A stretch of 64,000 nucleotides of DNA from an uncultured Candidatus Saccharibacteria bacterium (GCA_964469335.1 CAYXYK010000001.1:235976-299975), one strand, 5' to 3'. Numbered from the stretch's first letter, positions 8,970-19,342 are shown. Numbers and translations: made by a program. Notes: generated by a model from the letters alone, not told the origin.

Positions 8970-9497
8970 ATGACCCACTCCCACACCCTCCGCATTCTTC
9001 TTTCTGTACTGGTCGTCGCATTCGTCGTCTATCACTACTACCCACAGTTGCTTCAGAAGCCCGAACCGAACGCCGTCATGTTTTCCGTTACCGCTTCTTC
9101 CAGTCTTTCCGCAAGATCCAAACTCTCACCCGAAGCATATCGGGTCATGTATCAGTCCGGCACCGAGCGACCCTACACCAGTCTTTTACTAGAAGAGCAT
9201 CGCGGGGGGACGTATGTCAGTGCAGACACTGGACGACCACTTTTCCGTTCAGAAGATAAATTCGACTCCGGCACCGGTTGGCCATCGTTCGTGAAGCCGA
9301 TCACTCCAGATGCAGTCGTATACAATGTCGATGACACGCTGGGCGAAACTCGAACCGAGGTGCTCACTGGTGACACCCATGCGCACCTCGGACATGTGTT
9401 CGATGACGGCCCAAAAGATAGGGGAGGCAAGCGTTACTGCATGAACGGAGTTGCTCTCCGCTTCATCCCAGATTCTGCAACTACTACGACTCCATAA
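8970..9497 (+). CDS. msrB: peptide methionine sulfoxide reductase MsrB with N-terminal TM segment
   Basis: GTGWPSF ... RTEV ... HLGHVFDDGP ... RYCMN SelR/MsrB motifs; TATAAT box ends 6 nt before the ATG. Confidence 0.85.
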   Translation: MTHSHTLRILLSVLVVAFVVYHYYPQLLQKPEPNAVMFSVTASSSLSARSKLSPEAYRVMYQSGTERPYTSLLLEEHRGGTYVSADTGRPLFRSEDKFDSGTGWPSFVKPITPDAVVYNVDDTLGETRTEVLTGDTHAHLGHVFDDGPKDRGGKRYCMNGVALRFIPDSATTTTP

Positions 9498-9534
9498 GGC
9501 GAAGATAATACTCGCAGATGCACGGCGCGGGAAT

Positions 9535-9575
9535 GCGACTCGGTCAACGTACTCGAAGTACGTTGACCGAGTCGC
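9535..9575. repeat. perfect 18-bp inverted repeat with 5-nt loop (GCGACTCGGTCAACGTAC-TCGAA-GTACGTTGACCGAGTCGC)
   Basis: read directly; no T-run follows. Confidence 0.7.
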
Positions 9576-9620
9576 AAGGGTCCCGCAACAAAGCAGATGT
9601 GAGTATTTTGTTTGCCGAGA

Positions 9621-9654
9621 ACACAAAAACCACCCGAGGGTGGCTTTTGTGTTG
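9621..9654. terminator. bidirectional terminator between msrB (+) and hup (-)
   Basis: ACACAAAAACCACCC-GAG-GGTGGCTTTTGTGT hairpin flanked by A/T runs. Confidence 0.6.
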
Positions 9655-9673
9655 TATGTTTGTGAACCTCTGA

Positions 9674-9946
9674 CTATTTGACCGCGTCCTTGAGCGCTTT
9701 TGCAGCTCTGAACTTCGGAACGCGCATCGCTGCGACTTTGATGCTTTCGCCCGTGCGCGGATTGCGTGCGGTGCGTGCAGCGCGAGTCTTCACTGAGAAG
9801 ATGCCGAGACCTGCGATCGATACCTCGTCGCCCTTCTTGAGGCCGCCGGTGATAGATTCGATCATTGTCTCAACAGCCTGCTCTGCTGCGACTTTCGTGC
9901 CGCCGAGCTTCTCGTGGACTGCTTCTACAATTGACTGCTTGTTCAT
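9674..9946 (-). CDS. hup: HU-family DNA-binding protein
   Basis: 90 aa; MNKQSIVEAV...RNPRTGESIKV...KFRAAKALKDAV is a classical HU pattern. Confidence 0.9.
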   Translation of the reverse strand: MNKQSIVEAVHEKLGGTKVAAEQAVETMIESITGGLKKGDEVSIAGLGIFSVKTRAARTARNPRTGESIKVAAMRVPKFRAAKALKDAVK

Positions 9947-10144
9947 CGTATTAAGCAGATAGCTAATAAACTAGCCTGGTTAATCGCGAGCTACCGCGAA
10001 TAACTCTGCATGCAGAGGATTTAACCTCTCAAATCATTATATAGGATGGTCTTTTTCGCGCAACAGAGCCATATTTTCAGATTAGGAATCGCATCGCTTG
10101 TCAAAATAGACTTACACGATGCGTAGAGTCGGTGAACGAGAAGC

Positions 10145-10178
10145 AACAAAATACCGCTCTATTGAGCGGTATTTTGTT
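10145..10178 (-). terminator. terminator downstream of rny
   Basis: AATACCGCTC-TATT-GAGCGGTATT flanked by T/A runs. Confidence 0.6.
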
Positions 10179-10197
10179 GCAATTGGCAAAATATCCT

Positions 10198-11775
10198 TTA
10201 TCTTGCGTATTCGATGCAGCGAGTTTCGCGAATGACTGTGATCTTGATCTCGCCTGGGTATTTCAGCTCTTGTTCCACTTGGATGGCAATATCACGTGCG
10301 AGTGCCTGAGCCTCGATGTCGTTCATCGCTTGTGGAGTGACGAATACACGCACTTCACGTCCGGCTGCAAGCGCGTACGCTTTCTCGACCCCTGGTTTAT
10401 TTGTCGCGATCTTCTCAAGATCCTCGAGCTTCTTGATGTAGTTCTCGACCGATTCACGACGTGCACCCGGGCGTCCTCCTGAGATGGCATCTGCAGTCTG
10501 CACGATGATCGACTCGATCGTTTCGTACGGGTATTCCTCGTGGTGTGATTGCATCGCCTTTACGATGCGCTCGTCCGCACCGAATTTCTGCAGGATCTTG
10601 CGACCGATCTCAACATGGGTACCTTGCACCTCGTGGTCGAGTGCTTTGCCGATGTCATGGAGCAGTGCACCGGCTTTCGCGATCTGCACGTCCGCGCCGA
10701 GCTCTTCGGCAAGCATTCCTGCGATGTGACCCATCTCGATCGAGTGTTGGAGCACATTCTGTCCATAGCTGGTGCGGAAGTAGAGGCGTCCGAGGATGGA
10801 GATGATCTTCGGGTCGAGATTGAACACCCCACATTCGTACACTGCTTGCTCGCCCTTCTCCTTGATGATCTTGTTGATGTCACCCTTTGCCTTGTCGACC
10901 ATCTCCTCGATCTTCGAGGGCTGGATGCGTCCGTCGAGGATAAGGTTCTCGAGTGCGACCCTTGCGATCTGTCTGCGAACCGGGTCAAATGCCGAAATGA
11001 CGATCGTTCCCGGGGTGTCATCGACGATGAGTTCAACCCCTGCAATGCGCTCGAAAGTCCTTATATTCCGGCCTTCTTTACCGATGATCTTTCCTTTGAT
11101 CTCGTCATTCGGAATTACGACCGAGGTGGTCATGATGTCTCCTGCGGTCGACGCAGCGAGTCGCTGGATCGAAGTGGAGAGAATGTCTTTTGCCCGTCGA
11201 TCGAGCCGCTCGATGCCTTCGCGCTCGAGTTTTTGGAGTCTCACGCGGAAATCATCCTCGAAGCGCTCCTCGATCTTCTTTATCAGTGAGTTCTTCGCTT
11301 CTTCTTCGGTAAGGTGAGCGACGCGTTCGAGTTCAGATTCGACGGCTTTCTTTCGTTCCTCGATCTCGCTTTTGATGGCTTTCACTTCCTCTGCCTTGTT
11401 CTTGAACGACTGGAGTTCAGCTTCGATATCGAGCTGTTTCTTGTCGAGCATTTCTTCCTTACGAACAAGCCGTTCTTCGCTTTTTTTCCATTCGCGTTCC
11501 TTCTCTTTCTCGGCGGCACGGACCTGCTCCATCTGTCGCTCTACCTTCTTCTCTGATTCCTGGAGTATTTTCTGCGCGTCTTCCTTCGCAGTGAGCAGCA
11601 TCTGCTTCACTTCGATCTCTACTGAACCTTTCTTTCCTGCGCTCATTCCCCAGCGGAGTACATATCCGAGGATGATGCCGAAGATACCGCTCGCGGCTCC
11701 ATAGTAGACCATCTTGATGATGGAAATACCGCCGACAACTTCTGTATCGAGCATATGAATGTGATGATAGAACAC
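10198..11775 (-). CDS. rny: ribonuclease Y (TM-coiled coil-KH-HD)
   Basis: N-terminal TM, long EK-rich coiled coil, KH motif IIGKEGRNIR, HD domain HSIEMGHIAGMLAEELG...LLHDIGK. Confidence 0.9.
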   Translation of the reverse strand: MFYHHIHMLDTEVVGGISIIKMVYYGAASGIFGIILGYVLRWGMSAGKKGSVEIEVKQMLLTAKEDAQKILQESEKKVERQMEQVRAAEKEKEREWKKSEERLVRKEEMLDKKQLDIEAELQSFKNKAEEVKAIKSEIEERKKAVESELERVAHLTEEEAKNSLIKKIEERFEDDFRVRLQKLEREGIERLDRRAKDILSTSIQRLAASTAGDIMTTSVVIPNDEIKGKIIGKEGRNIRTFERIAGVELIVDDTPGTIVISAFDPVRRQIARVALENLILDGRIQPSKIEEMVDKAKGDINKIIKEKGEQAVYECGVFNLDPKIISILGRLYFRTSYGQNVLQHSIEMGHIAGMLAEELGADVQIAKAGALLHDIGKALDHEVQGTHVEIGRKILQKFGADERIVKAMQSHHEEYPYETIESIIVQTADAISGGRPGARRESVENYIKKLEDLEKIATNKPGVEKAYALAAGREVRVFVTPQAMNDIEAQALARDIAIQVEQELKYPGEIKITVIRETRCIEYAR

Positions 11776-12005
11776 ACAACCCTTTTGCGTTCTTGTTTGC
11801 GACCGAAGGTGGAGTAGTTACGACAGAAGAAGCACAGATACAGTCATCGCATATTGCCCAGGGAGTTCTTGTCGCATACCAAAAGAAAAAGAGGTGTGTT
11901 CGTGTTGTGAATAATGTCGAAAATCAAGCAATCGGCAAGGTCGTTTCTGGATAATGCCGATATTCACAATGTAGCAGATGGTGTTCGGGGTGTCTAATAA
12001 GAAAC

Positions 12006-12031
12006 AAAAAACCGGGGTACCCCGGTTTTTT
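12006..12031 (-). terminator. terminator downstream of clpP (AAAAAACCGGGGTACCCCGGTTTTTT)
   Basis: perfect palindrome with flanking A/T runs. Confidence 0.65.
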
Positions 12032-12043
12032 GTGGTTTTTCGC

Positions 12044-12643
12044 TCAGCGGTTCTTCGGCTTCATGACCTCGTCGATCAAGCCGTATTTCTTGGCCTCATC
12101 GGCGGTCATGTAATTGTCACGGTCAGAGTCTTTTTCGACCTGTTCTACGGGTTTGCCGCTATTCTTTGACAATATCTTGTTTAAGTTTTCTTTTGTGCGG
12201 AGGATGTGCTTTGCAGAGATCGCGATGTCCGAGGCTTGGCCTTCTGCGCCTCCCATCACCTGGTGGATCATGACCTCTGCATTGGGGAGAGCGAAGCGTT
12301 TTCCTTTTGCGCCCGAAGAGAGCAGGACCGCTGCCATGCTTGCCGCCATACCGACGCAGATAGTGACCACATCCGGTTTGATGTGGTTCATCGTGTCGTA
12401 GATCGCAAGACCCGCAGAAACTGAACCCCCCGGTGAGTGGATATAGAGCTTGATATCTTTTTTCGGATCTTCAGATTCGAGGAAAAGGAGTTGAGCGATG
12501 ACAATATTGGCGGTGTCATCATCGATCGCTCCGGAGAGGAAAACGATGCGCTCTTTGAGAAGCCGCGAGTAAATATCATAGGCGCGCTCGCCCATTGAGG
12601 TTTTTTCGATGACGGTGGGAATGAGAAAGCTCATAGATAGCAT
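12044..12643 (-). CDS. clpP: ATP-dependent Clp protease proteolytic subunit
   Basis: [12 protein letters not shown]...IHSPGGSV...[14 protein letters not shown]...MIHQ: ClpP Ser/His/Asp catalytic context. Confidence 0.95.
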   Translation of the reverse strand: MLSMSFLIPTVIEKTSMGERAYDIYSRLLKERIVFLSGAIDDDTANIVIAQLLFLESEDPKKDIKLYIHSPGGSVSAGLAIYDTMNHIKPDVVTICVGMAASMAAVLLSSGAKGKRFALPNAEVMIHQVMGGAEGQASDIAISAKHILRTKENLNKILSKNSGKPVEQVEKDSDRDNYMTADEAKKYGLIDEVMKPKNR

Positions 12644-12702
12644 TGATCTTACTCTGTTAATGTTCGGAGTGTAGCAAGGTGAGGGGTTTTTGACAACAAA
12701 AC

Positions 12703-12731
12703 AAAAAAACCTCCATCATGGAGGTTTTTTT
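12703..12731 (-). terminator. terminator downstream of tig
   Basis: AAAAAAACCTCCATCATGGAGGTTTTTTT. Confidence 0.65.
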
Positions 12732-12741
12732 GGTTTTGCCG

Positions 12742-13791
12742 CTACTCTGCCGACTCAAGGAATTTGAACACCTTTTCATTGGTAAGCAGCATCTCGATAT
12801 AACTGTTGATGCGGTCTTCGCTTGCATCAGGATATTGTTCTCGAAGTACCTTTCCTTCTTTTTCGATCTCCTCTTTTGCGGGGTGCAGCTTCTCTACTTC
12901 TGCGATCTTCGATGCGATAAGTTGGACCTTAGCCCGTTTTTCGGCGTCAGGCTTCCATTCTGCATGCATCTCTTCTTTCGTTTTGCCGGTCGCTTTGATG
13001 TAGGCATCCAGAGTGAGCCCCATGCGTTCGACTTCATGGCTGAATTCATCCTCCATGCGGTGGATCTCCTGCTCAATGATGATCTCTGGAAGTTCGATCG
13101 TGCTCTCTTTGACCAACTCCTCCATGATGCTGATGCGAACCTTGTCGCGCGCATCGCGTTCCTTCTGTGATCTGATGTCTGATTCGAGTTTCGCTTCGAA
13201 GTCAGTGACATTCGAATAGTCCCCGAGCGTTTTGACGAACTCGTCATCCAAAGGGGGAAGCTCCGCTTTCTCGTCGAATTCCTTACCGTCTCGGGTCGCC
13301 TCGTTCTGCGCGCGCATCCGTTTCACTTGCGCGACGGTCTTCTCAACATCTTCTTTCGATACGGTGACCTCCTCTTTGTTCTTTGCCAGTTTTGCCGAGA
13401 TCTTCTTGTAGTCTCCGAGTTTCACCTCGGGAAATACGGCGGTCGTCAGCGTGAATTCAAGCGGGTTGCCGAGTGCGATCTTCGTGATCTTCACTTCGGG
13501 CCTGCCGAGCGCGTCGATCTTCTCGCCGATGATGATGTCGGCGTACGCTCGGCTGATTGCAAGTTCAGCCATCTCTTCGAGAATGTTCGCTTCACCGACA
13601 CGAGCCGCAAGCATTTTTTCGGGGACATGTCCCTTGCGAAAACCTGGGAGTTCTATGTCTTTGCCGATACGTTTGAGTGCCTCGCCCCTGTTTCCCTCGA
13701 ATATTTCCGCAGGTATCGAAGCGGTAATTTCCATTTTCGATCCTGGGAGTTTTTTTGTTGTTACCCCGTAGTTTGTGGTTGTTTTTTCCAT
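12742..13791 (-). CDS. tig: trigger factor (short form, 349 aa)
   Basis: N-terminal ribosome-binding domain signature GFRKGHVP; overall trigger-factor layout; shorter than the usual ~430 aa. Confidence 0.85.
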   Translation of the reverse strand: MEKTTTNYGVTTKKLPGSKMEITASIPAEIFEGNRGEALKRIGKDIELPGFRKGHVPEKMLAARVGEANILEEMAELAISRAYADIIIGEKIDALGRPEVKITKIALGNPLEFTLTTAVFPEVKLGDYKKISAKLAKNKEEVTVSKEDVEKTVAQVKRMRAQNEATRDGKEFDEKAELPPLDDEFVKTLGDYSNVTDFEAKLESDIRSQKERDARDKVRISIMEELVKESTIELPEIIIEQEIHRMEDEFSHEVERMGLTLDAYIKATGKTKEEMHAEWKPDAEKRAKVQLIASKIAEVEKLHPAKEEIEKEGKVLREQYPDASEDRINSYIEMLLTNEKVFKFLESAE

Positions 13792-13952
13792 AGTGAACCC
13801 AGCACCACTTTCTTACTTTTACCAAAACGTGAAAGTGGTGCTGGGTGAATACGGGCATAGTAGCGTGGAACAAACACCAAAGCAAGTCCTTACGAAATCC
13901 GTTCGCAAAAAAACAGCGACCCGTCTTCGGTCACTGTTTTTTGTGAGCGGGT

Positions 13953-14294
13953 CTATATTTGATCGATCGCGTCGAGCGAATCAAGGTTGGTTGCCTTCAA
14001 GTCGGCTTCGATGTCCGCGACTGAGTCCGACGTTCCTTGTGTCGAGAGTGCCGCCGCCGCAGCATCCTCGCTGCTCGTCGCCACCGGTATGTTCTTCTGC
14101 TGTGTCATGTCAGGGGTTTCCGATTTGCTCGGCAGCAGCTCTCCGGTCATCGTTCCTCCCTGTATGACATACCACCCAAGTCCCGCAAGGATGATGATGA
14201 AGGCCCCGACCCCAACGAACATGGAAAGATTGCTTTTTTCAGGGCTTGCGGCAGGGAAGCCGTCATGTTGAGGAGCACTCTGTTCTTGGTCCAT
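13953..14294 (-). CDS. hypothetical small membrane protein
   Basis: ORF track (start trimmed to MDQEQSAP); one TM helix; terminator hairpin 13893-13940 downstream. Confidence 0.45.
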   Translation of the reverse strand: MDQEQSAPQHDGFPAASPEKSNLSMFVGVGAFIIILAGLGWYVIQGGTMTGELLPSKSETPDMTQQKNIPVATSSEDAAAAALSTQGTSDSVADIEADLKATNLDSLDAIDQI

Positions 14295-14324
14295 AGATAT
14301 GTTGTGAATTAGTATCAATAATGA

Positions 14325-15308
14325 TTAGCGTTCGTCATTTGGTCGACCGGTAGTGGTTGTTGGCATCCTTCCTTCCTTTGCACGTAACACTTCCGGTATT
14401 TTCAGTGTGCCGGTGGCCATGGTCGAAGTCGCGCGGTCGTCATTGTCGTTATGTTTCCCCGAGAGGAGTGGTATCACGTCATTCAGCGATTTGGTTGCTA
14501 CGAGGATGGCCTGTCGTGCTTTCTCAAGCGCATCCTTTGCCGGCTTTTTCTCTTCTTCAGATGGGGAAGTCGAAGTGCCGTTGCTGAGGTTCGCTGCTGT
14601 GAGTTTGACCGCCGCTTCGGCATCAGCGACTGATTTTGTTGCTAATGCTATTTTCGATCGAGCGGTCATGAGCGATGCTTCTGCCGCACTAGTGTCCAAT
14701 CCGCTTGACCGCAACTTTGAGATACGCGAGTCGATCCTGTCTGCGAGTTTCGTAAAACGCTCAATTGCCGCATGCATGCGCTTCAAGATCATTTCTCCCG
14801 CATGTTTGAACACCTCTCCGCGATGTTCGCCCATGCGTTCGCGGATCTCTCCGAGCTTGCTCTCACGCACCCTCATGCAATCGGTGGTGCTCCCGACACT
14901 TACACAATCTCTCGGTGTCCCTGTGCCCATGATTCGCCCGCGCTGGCGAGTATCATCAGTCGTAGAGCCATCCGTCATCCGTCTCTCTTCACCGTTCCTT
15001 TTTTCGATCAGCTTATCCAGTTCGGGCGGAAGCGGCCGCGTGTCGCTTGCCATCATTCTGCCACCTTTCATTCCTTCGCCCCCGAGCTCTTTTCCTGTCG
15101 TCGTTCCGAAGCTGCCACGAAGTATTCCAGAACGCTGAGCAGGTTGACCCCCTTTTCCGATTGGGGGCTTCGGAGCGGTCACTGTTGTCACTTGAGGAGG
15201 CGGTTCATTGCCAGTCACCGTAGTTGATTCTTCGGCAAATACCGAAAACGGGAAAAGCAGAAAAAGCGTCGCGAGAACAAGTAAATAAGGCTGTCGTAAT
15301 TGATTCAT
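14325..15308 (-). CDS. hypothetical secreted protein (signal peptide, Gly/Thr-rich then helical region)
   Basis: start trimmed to MNQLRQPYLLVLATLFLLFPFSVFA signal peptide; no family recognised. Confidence 0.5.
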   Translation of the reverse strand: MNQLRQPYLLVLATLFLLFPFSVFAEESTTVTGNEPPPQVTTVTAPKPPIGKGGQPAQRSGILRGSFGTTTGKELGGEGMKGGRMMASDTRPLPPELDKLIEKRNGEERRMTDGSTTDDTRQRGRIMGTGTPRDCVSVGSTTDCMRVRESKLGEIRERMGEHRGEVFKHAGEMILKRMHAAIERFTKLADRIDSRISKLRSSGLDTSAAEASLMTARSKIALATKSVADAEAAVKLTAANLSNGTSTSPSEEEKKPAKDALEKARQAILVATKSLNDVIPLLSGKHNDNDDRATSTMATGTLKIPEVLRAKEGRMPTTTTGRPNDER

Positions 15309-15410
15309 AGATACATGCATGTGGTTATTGTGTAACACTTCAATCAGTATAGCAAAACCCGCACATAGTGTGCGGGTGAATTGCTTGTCGTATTGTGAGG
15401 ATCGAAAAAA

Positions 15411-15938
15411 TTATTTCTTCGGGTACGCCTTTTGGTACTGATCAATCGATTTCTCGACATCTTTGTTGGCCTCGTTGCGATCCCTCCATGCACCCACCTC
15501 GACTTTTTTCTTCTGAAGATCTTTGTAGACGGTGAAAAAGTGTTTAATCTCTTCAAGGAAGTGCGGCTCAAGGTCGCTGATGTCCTTGGTATTCTTCCAG
15601 CGCGGGTCGGCGGTCGGCACCGCAAGGACCTTTGCGTCACCTTCGCCTCCGTCGACCATGTCGAGTACTCCGATGGGACGGGCTTCTACCAAGCACCCCG
15701 GTACGAGCGGTTCTGCTCCGAGGACGAGGACATCAAGCGGATCTCCGTCATCCCAAAGTGTTTGTGGGACGAAGCCGTAGTTCGCAGGGTAGTGCATCGG
15801 CGAGTAGAGCACTCGGTCGTATTTTATCAGCCCGGTGTCTTTGTCGAGTTCGTATTTCACGCGTGAGAGCATCGGTATCTCGATGATCACATTAAGTCCG
15901 TCTTTGTCCCCATAGGGGATGTCATGCCATAAATTCAT
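15411..15938 (-). CDS. ppa: inorganic pyrophosphatase (family I)
   Basis: DGDPLDVLVL and other PPase family I motifs. Confidence 0.9.
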   Translation of the reverse strand: MNLWHDIPYGDKDGLNVIIEIPMLSRVKYELDKDTGLIKYDRVLYSPMHYPANYGFVPQTLWDDGDPLDVLVLGAEPLVPGCLVEARPIGVLDMVDGGEGDAKVLAVPTADPRWKNTKDISDLEPHFLEEIKHFFTVYKDLQKKKVEVGAWRDRNEANKDVEKSIDQYQKAYPKK

Positions 15939-15974
15939 AGTGATATTGATGAATTATTATGATGATAATCGTTC

Positions 15975-17318
15975 CTACTTCTCTTCACTGTTGGTGTTCT
16001 CAGCGACGACTTCTTTGTCCTCACTGATCTCCTCCTCAGGAGTGACAGTCTCCTCGTTCGGTTCTCCGATTGACTCTGAGGCGATGAACTCCTCGACTTC
16101 TTCCTCCGGGGTGCCCTCAAGTTCGACTTTCTTGGTCGGCTCCGCGGTGAATTCTTCACCTTCACCGGACTTGATGTCGATACGGTAGCCTGAGAGTTTC
16201 GCGGCAAGGCGGACATTTTGCCCCCCTCGACCGATCGCAAGCGAAAGCTGATCAGGCATGACTTCGATGGTCGCCTGCCGCTCTTCGGCGTTGAGGATGA
16301 CACTCTTCACCTTTGCCGGGGAGAGTGCATCGGCGATGAACTTTTCTGCATCAGGAGACCACTCAATGACGTCGATCTTCTCACCCCCGAGTTCTGAGAT
16401 GACAGTCGCAACACGAACTCCTCGCTGTCCGACACATGAGCCGACCGGGTCGACATGTTCATCGTTCGAATGTACCGCGATCTTAGTACGTGAGCCAGCT
16501 TCGCGCGCGATCTCCTTGAGTTCGACGATGCCGCTTGCTACCTCCGGTGCCTCAAGGGCGAACAGTGCGCGAACGAAGTTCGGATGAGCACGGGAGAGGC
16601 GTAGATTGATGCCACGAGGGGATTCCTCGACCGAATAGAGATAACTACGGATACGCTCGCCGGTGCGGTAACGCTCCCCCGGAATCTGATCCTCATAACC
16701 GAGCAGTCCGGTAGCGCGACCGAGGTCGACGAAGATATTCCCGCGTTCAATGCGCTGAATGACTCCGGTGACGATCTCCTCTCCACGCTCCGCGAACTCG
16801 TCCAAGACAGAAGACTTCTCTGCTTCTCGGATCTTCTGGATAATCACTTGCTTTGCGGTCTGTGCTGCAATGCGACCGTAATCATCTTTTGCATCGAGTG
16901 CGAACACGAGTTCCTCCCCGAGTTCTGCTCCACCCTTGATGAGACGAGCGTCTTCGATCATGATGTGATGCTCAGAATTGTAGCGAACACGTGTATCTAT
17001 ATCACCTTCACCCTCTGCTCCGACGATTGCCTCAGGCACAGCTACGAACGGTTTCACTGGTGCATCATCTTCTTCCTCCTCTCCTTCGATCGGCTGGCGT
17101 ACCATCGTGTCGTCCACGACGATCTTCACCTGCACGAAGTCAGTTTTGCCACTGTCCATGTCCAATTTTGCTCGGACGATCTGGCCTTTCTTCCCATAAT
17201 CTTTCTTGTATGCCGCAGCAAGCGCCGCCTCGATTGCATCGATGATCTTTTCCTTCGAGATCCCGCGTTCTGCCTCGAGCTGCTCTAAGGCAGACTTCAT
17301 TGTTTTTAAATCTAACAT
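15975..17318 (-). CDS. nusA: transcription termination/antitermination factor NusA with acidic C-terminal tail
   Basis: S1 and KH domains (GIVELKEIAREAGSRTKIAV, GSCVGQRGVRV, AIGRGGQNVRLA). Confidence 0.9.
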   Translation of the reverse strand: MLDLKTMKSALEQLEAERGISKEKIIDAIEAALAAAYKKDYGKKGQIVRAKLDMDSGKTDFVQVKIVVDDTMVRQPIEGEEEEDDAPVKPFVAVPEAIVGAEGEGDIDTRVRYNSEHHIMIEDARLIKGGAELGEELVFALDAKDDYGRIAAQTAKQVIIQKIREAEKSSVLDEFAERGEEIVTGVIQRIERGNIFVDLGRATGLLGYEDQIPGERYRTGERIRSYLYSVEESPRGINLRLSRAHPNFVRALFALEAPEVASGIVELKEIAREAGSRTKIAVHSNDEHVDPVGSCVGQRGVRVATVISELGGEKIDVIEWSPDAEKFIADALSPAKVKSVILNAEERQATIEVMPDQLSLAIGRGGQNVRLAAKLSGYRIDIKSGEGEEFTAEPTKKVELEGTPEEEVEEFIASESIGEPNEETVTPEEEISEDKEVVAENTNSEEK

Positions 17319-17545
17319 GGTGTTGGGAGCCGTCTTGCGGCTTACTAGTGATTAAGTTCCTCCAAATAAAATGATAACCAAGAAAAAACGAAACAGGGTA
17401 CCATCGAAGGTAACCTGTTTGTATGTGTAAATGGTAGCAAGGAACACCGGAGGAGTCAATGTGTGCGATCTCCGCACAAGAGGTAGGTGCCGCCACTCTT
17501 TTATATAGTCGAGAAAACACATATAATAGAGCGAGTTCACCCAAT

Positions 17546-19297
17546 ATGCTCATACAGGAAAGCAAACTCAAGAAATTCATACTTGATTCGGGGCTCGCCT
17601 CTCGTGCTGAGGTCGCAGCAGCTGAAAAAGATGCCGAAAAAGAAGGCGGAGATCTTGGGAGTATCCTCGTGAAACAGGGAAAGGTATCTGCAGACGATTT
17701 CCGTCGCGTGCAGGCATATATCCTCGGCATCCCCTTCGTGGACCTGAAGGGACAAAAAATCGATTTCAGCGTCCTTTCGCTCATCCCGGAGCCGATTGCC
17801 CGTAAGCATAATATCGTTGCGTTCCGCAAGACCGACTCGGGTCTTGAGGTGGCGATGCTCGACGTCGATGACCTCGAGGCAATCGACTTCGTTCGCAAGA
17901 AGGTGGGTCTTCGTATTCTCACGCGTTTGACCGACCAGGAGTCGGTCAAAGGTGCACTGCTCCAGTATCAGAAGTCACTGAAGGCGGAATTCGGTGACAT
18001 CATCCAAGAGGAAGCGAAGACGATCCAGATGCTCAAGGATGATGATGACAATCCTGCTTCCGAGAAAGACCTGAAGAAACTTGCCGAGGATCTCCCTGTG
18101 GTTCGCATTGTCGATACTCTTCTCAACCATGCGATCATACAGAACGCGTCCGATATCCATGTGGAGCCGATGGAAAATCAGCTGCTCGTCCGCTATCGTA
18201 TCGACGGTATCCTTCACGACGCTATGGTGTTGCCGAAGGACTCCGCTCCCGGCATCACCGCACGTATCAAAGTGCTTTCGAACCTGAAGCTCGACGAAAA
18301 ACGTTTGCCACAGGATGGTCGTTTCAAGATCCAGCTCAATAACGAAAAGGTCTCCTTCCGTGTCTCGACTCTTCCGACCCATCATGGCGAGAAGACGGTC
18401 ATGCGTCTCCTCCGTGAATCATCCGGCGGTTTCTCGCTCGAGTCACTCGGATTCCACGGACAGGGACTCGAGGCACTCCACAAGTCGATGCAGCAACATG
18501 TCGGTATGATACTCGTCACCGGACCGACTGGGTCTGGTAAGACCACAACGCTCTATACGCTACTCGATATTTTAAACACTCCCGACGTGAACATTTCGAC
18601 GATCGAAGACCCAGTCGAATATCAGATGCCACGTATCAACCAGACTCAAGTGAAGCCGGAAATAGGACTGACGTTCGCTATGGGGCTCCGTGCACTTCTG
18701 CGTCAGGATCCCGATGTCATCATGGTGGGAGAGATCCGCGATGGTGAAACAGCTTCGCTCGGTATCAATGCCGCCCTCACTGGGCACCTCGTGCTTTCAA
18801 CACTACATACGAATTCCGCATCTGGAACTCTTCCTCGCTTCGTCGACATGGGTGCGGAGCCATTCCTAATTATCTCAACGGTGAATGTCATCATCGCACA
18901 ACGCCTCGTGCGCAAGCTTTGTGCAACGAAAGAAAAATACAATCTGACAAAACCTGAGATTGAGGCCCTTGGCGAAAAAGCGAACCTCGACCGCATCCTC
19001 GCCGCACTCAAGGAAGAGGGAATAGTCGGGAAAGAAGCGACTTGGGAAACATTACCTTTCTATAAACCAAAGTCGTCTCCTGAATGCGAGGAAGGATACA
19101 AGGGACGTGTCAGTATCCACGAGGTACTCCGCATGTCACCCGCGATCCGCGAGCTTGCGGTCATCAATGCATCTGCTGAGAAAATCGAAGCACAGGCACG
19201 CAAAGAGGGAATGCTCACCATGCTCGAAGACGGAATCTTCCAGGCCGCACAAGGCCTCACTTCCATCGAAGAAGTCTTCCGTGTGGTGAGCGAATAA
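17546..19297 (+). CDS. pilB: type IV pilus assembly ATPase PilB/GspE family
   Basis: Walker A GPTGSGKTTTLY, Asp/His boxes; start trimmed to MLIQESKLKKF (ORF track begins upstream at 17459). Confidence 0.9.
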   Translation: MLIQESKLKKFILDSGLASRAEVAAAEKDAEKEGGDLGSILVKQGKVSADDFRRVQAYILGIPFVDLKGQKIDFSVLSLIPEPIARKHNIVAFRKTDSGLEVAMLDVDDLEAIDFVRKKVGLRILTRLTDQESVKGALLQYQKSLKAEFGDIIQEEAKTIQMLKDDDDNPASEKDLKKLAEDLPVVRIVDTLLNHAIIQNASDIHVEPMENQLLVRYRIDGILHDAMVLPKDSAPGITARIKVLSNLKLDEKRLPQDGRFKIQLNNEKVSFRVSTLPTHHGEKTVMRLLRESSGGFSLESLGFHGQGLEALHKSMQQHVGMILVTGPTGSGKTTTLYTLLDILNTPDVNISTIEDPVEYQMPRINQTQVKPEIGLTFAMGLRALLRQDPDVIMVGEIRDGETASLGINAALTGHLVLSTLHTNSASGTLPRFVDMGAEPFLIISTVNVIIAQRLVRKLCATKEKYNLTKPEIEALGEKANLDRILAALKEEGIVGKEATWETLPFYKPKSSPECEEGYKGRVSIHEVLRMSPAIRELAVINASAEKIEAQARKEGMLTMLEDGIFQAAQGLTSIEEVFRVVSE

Positions 19298-19342
19298 TAA
19301 GGATTACATTAATTCCACTTTCTCTATATAATAGAGTGAGTT

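Noticed and set aside
10549-11317. Several plus-strand ORFs (246 aa, 173 aa and others)
   Set aside because: They lie inside and antisense to rny, whose KH/HD motifs are unambiguous.
14353-15138. 261-aa plus-strand ORF
   Set aside because: Antisense to the signal-peptide protein gene 14325-15308. Composition is Ser/Arg-rich, typical of an antisense frame.
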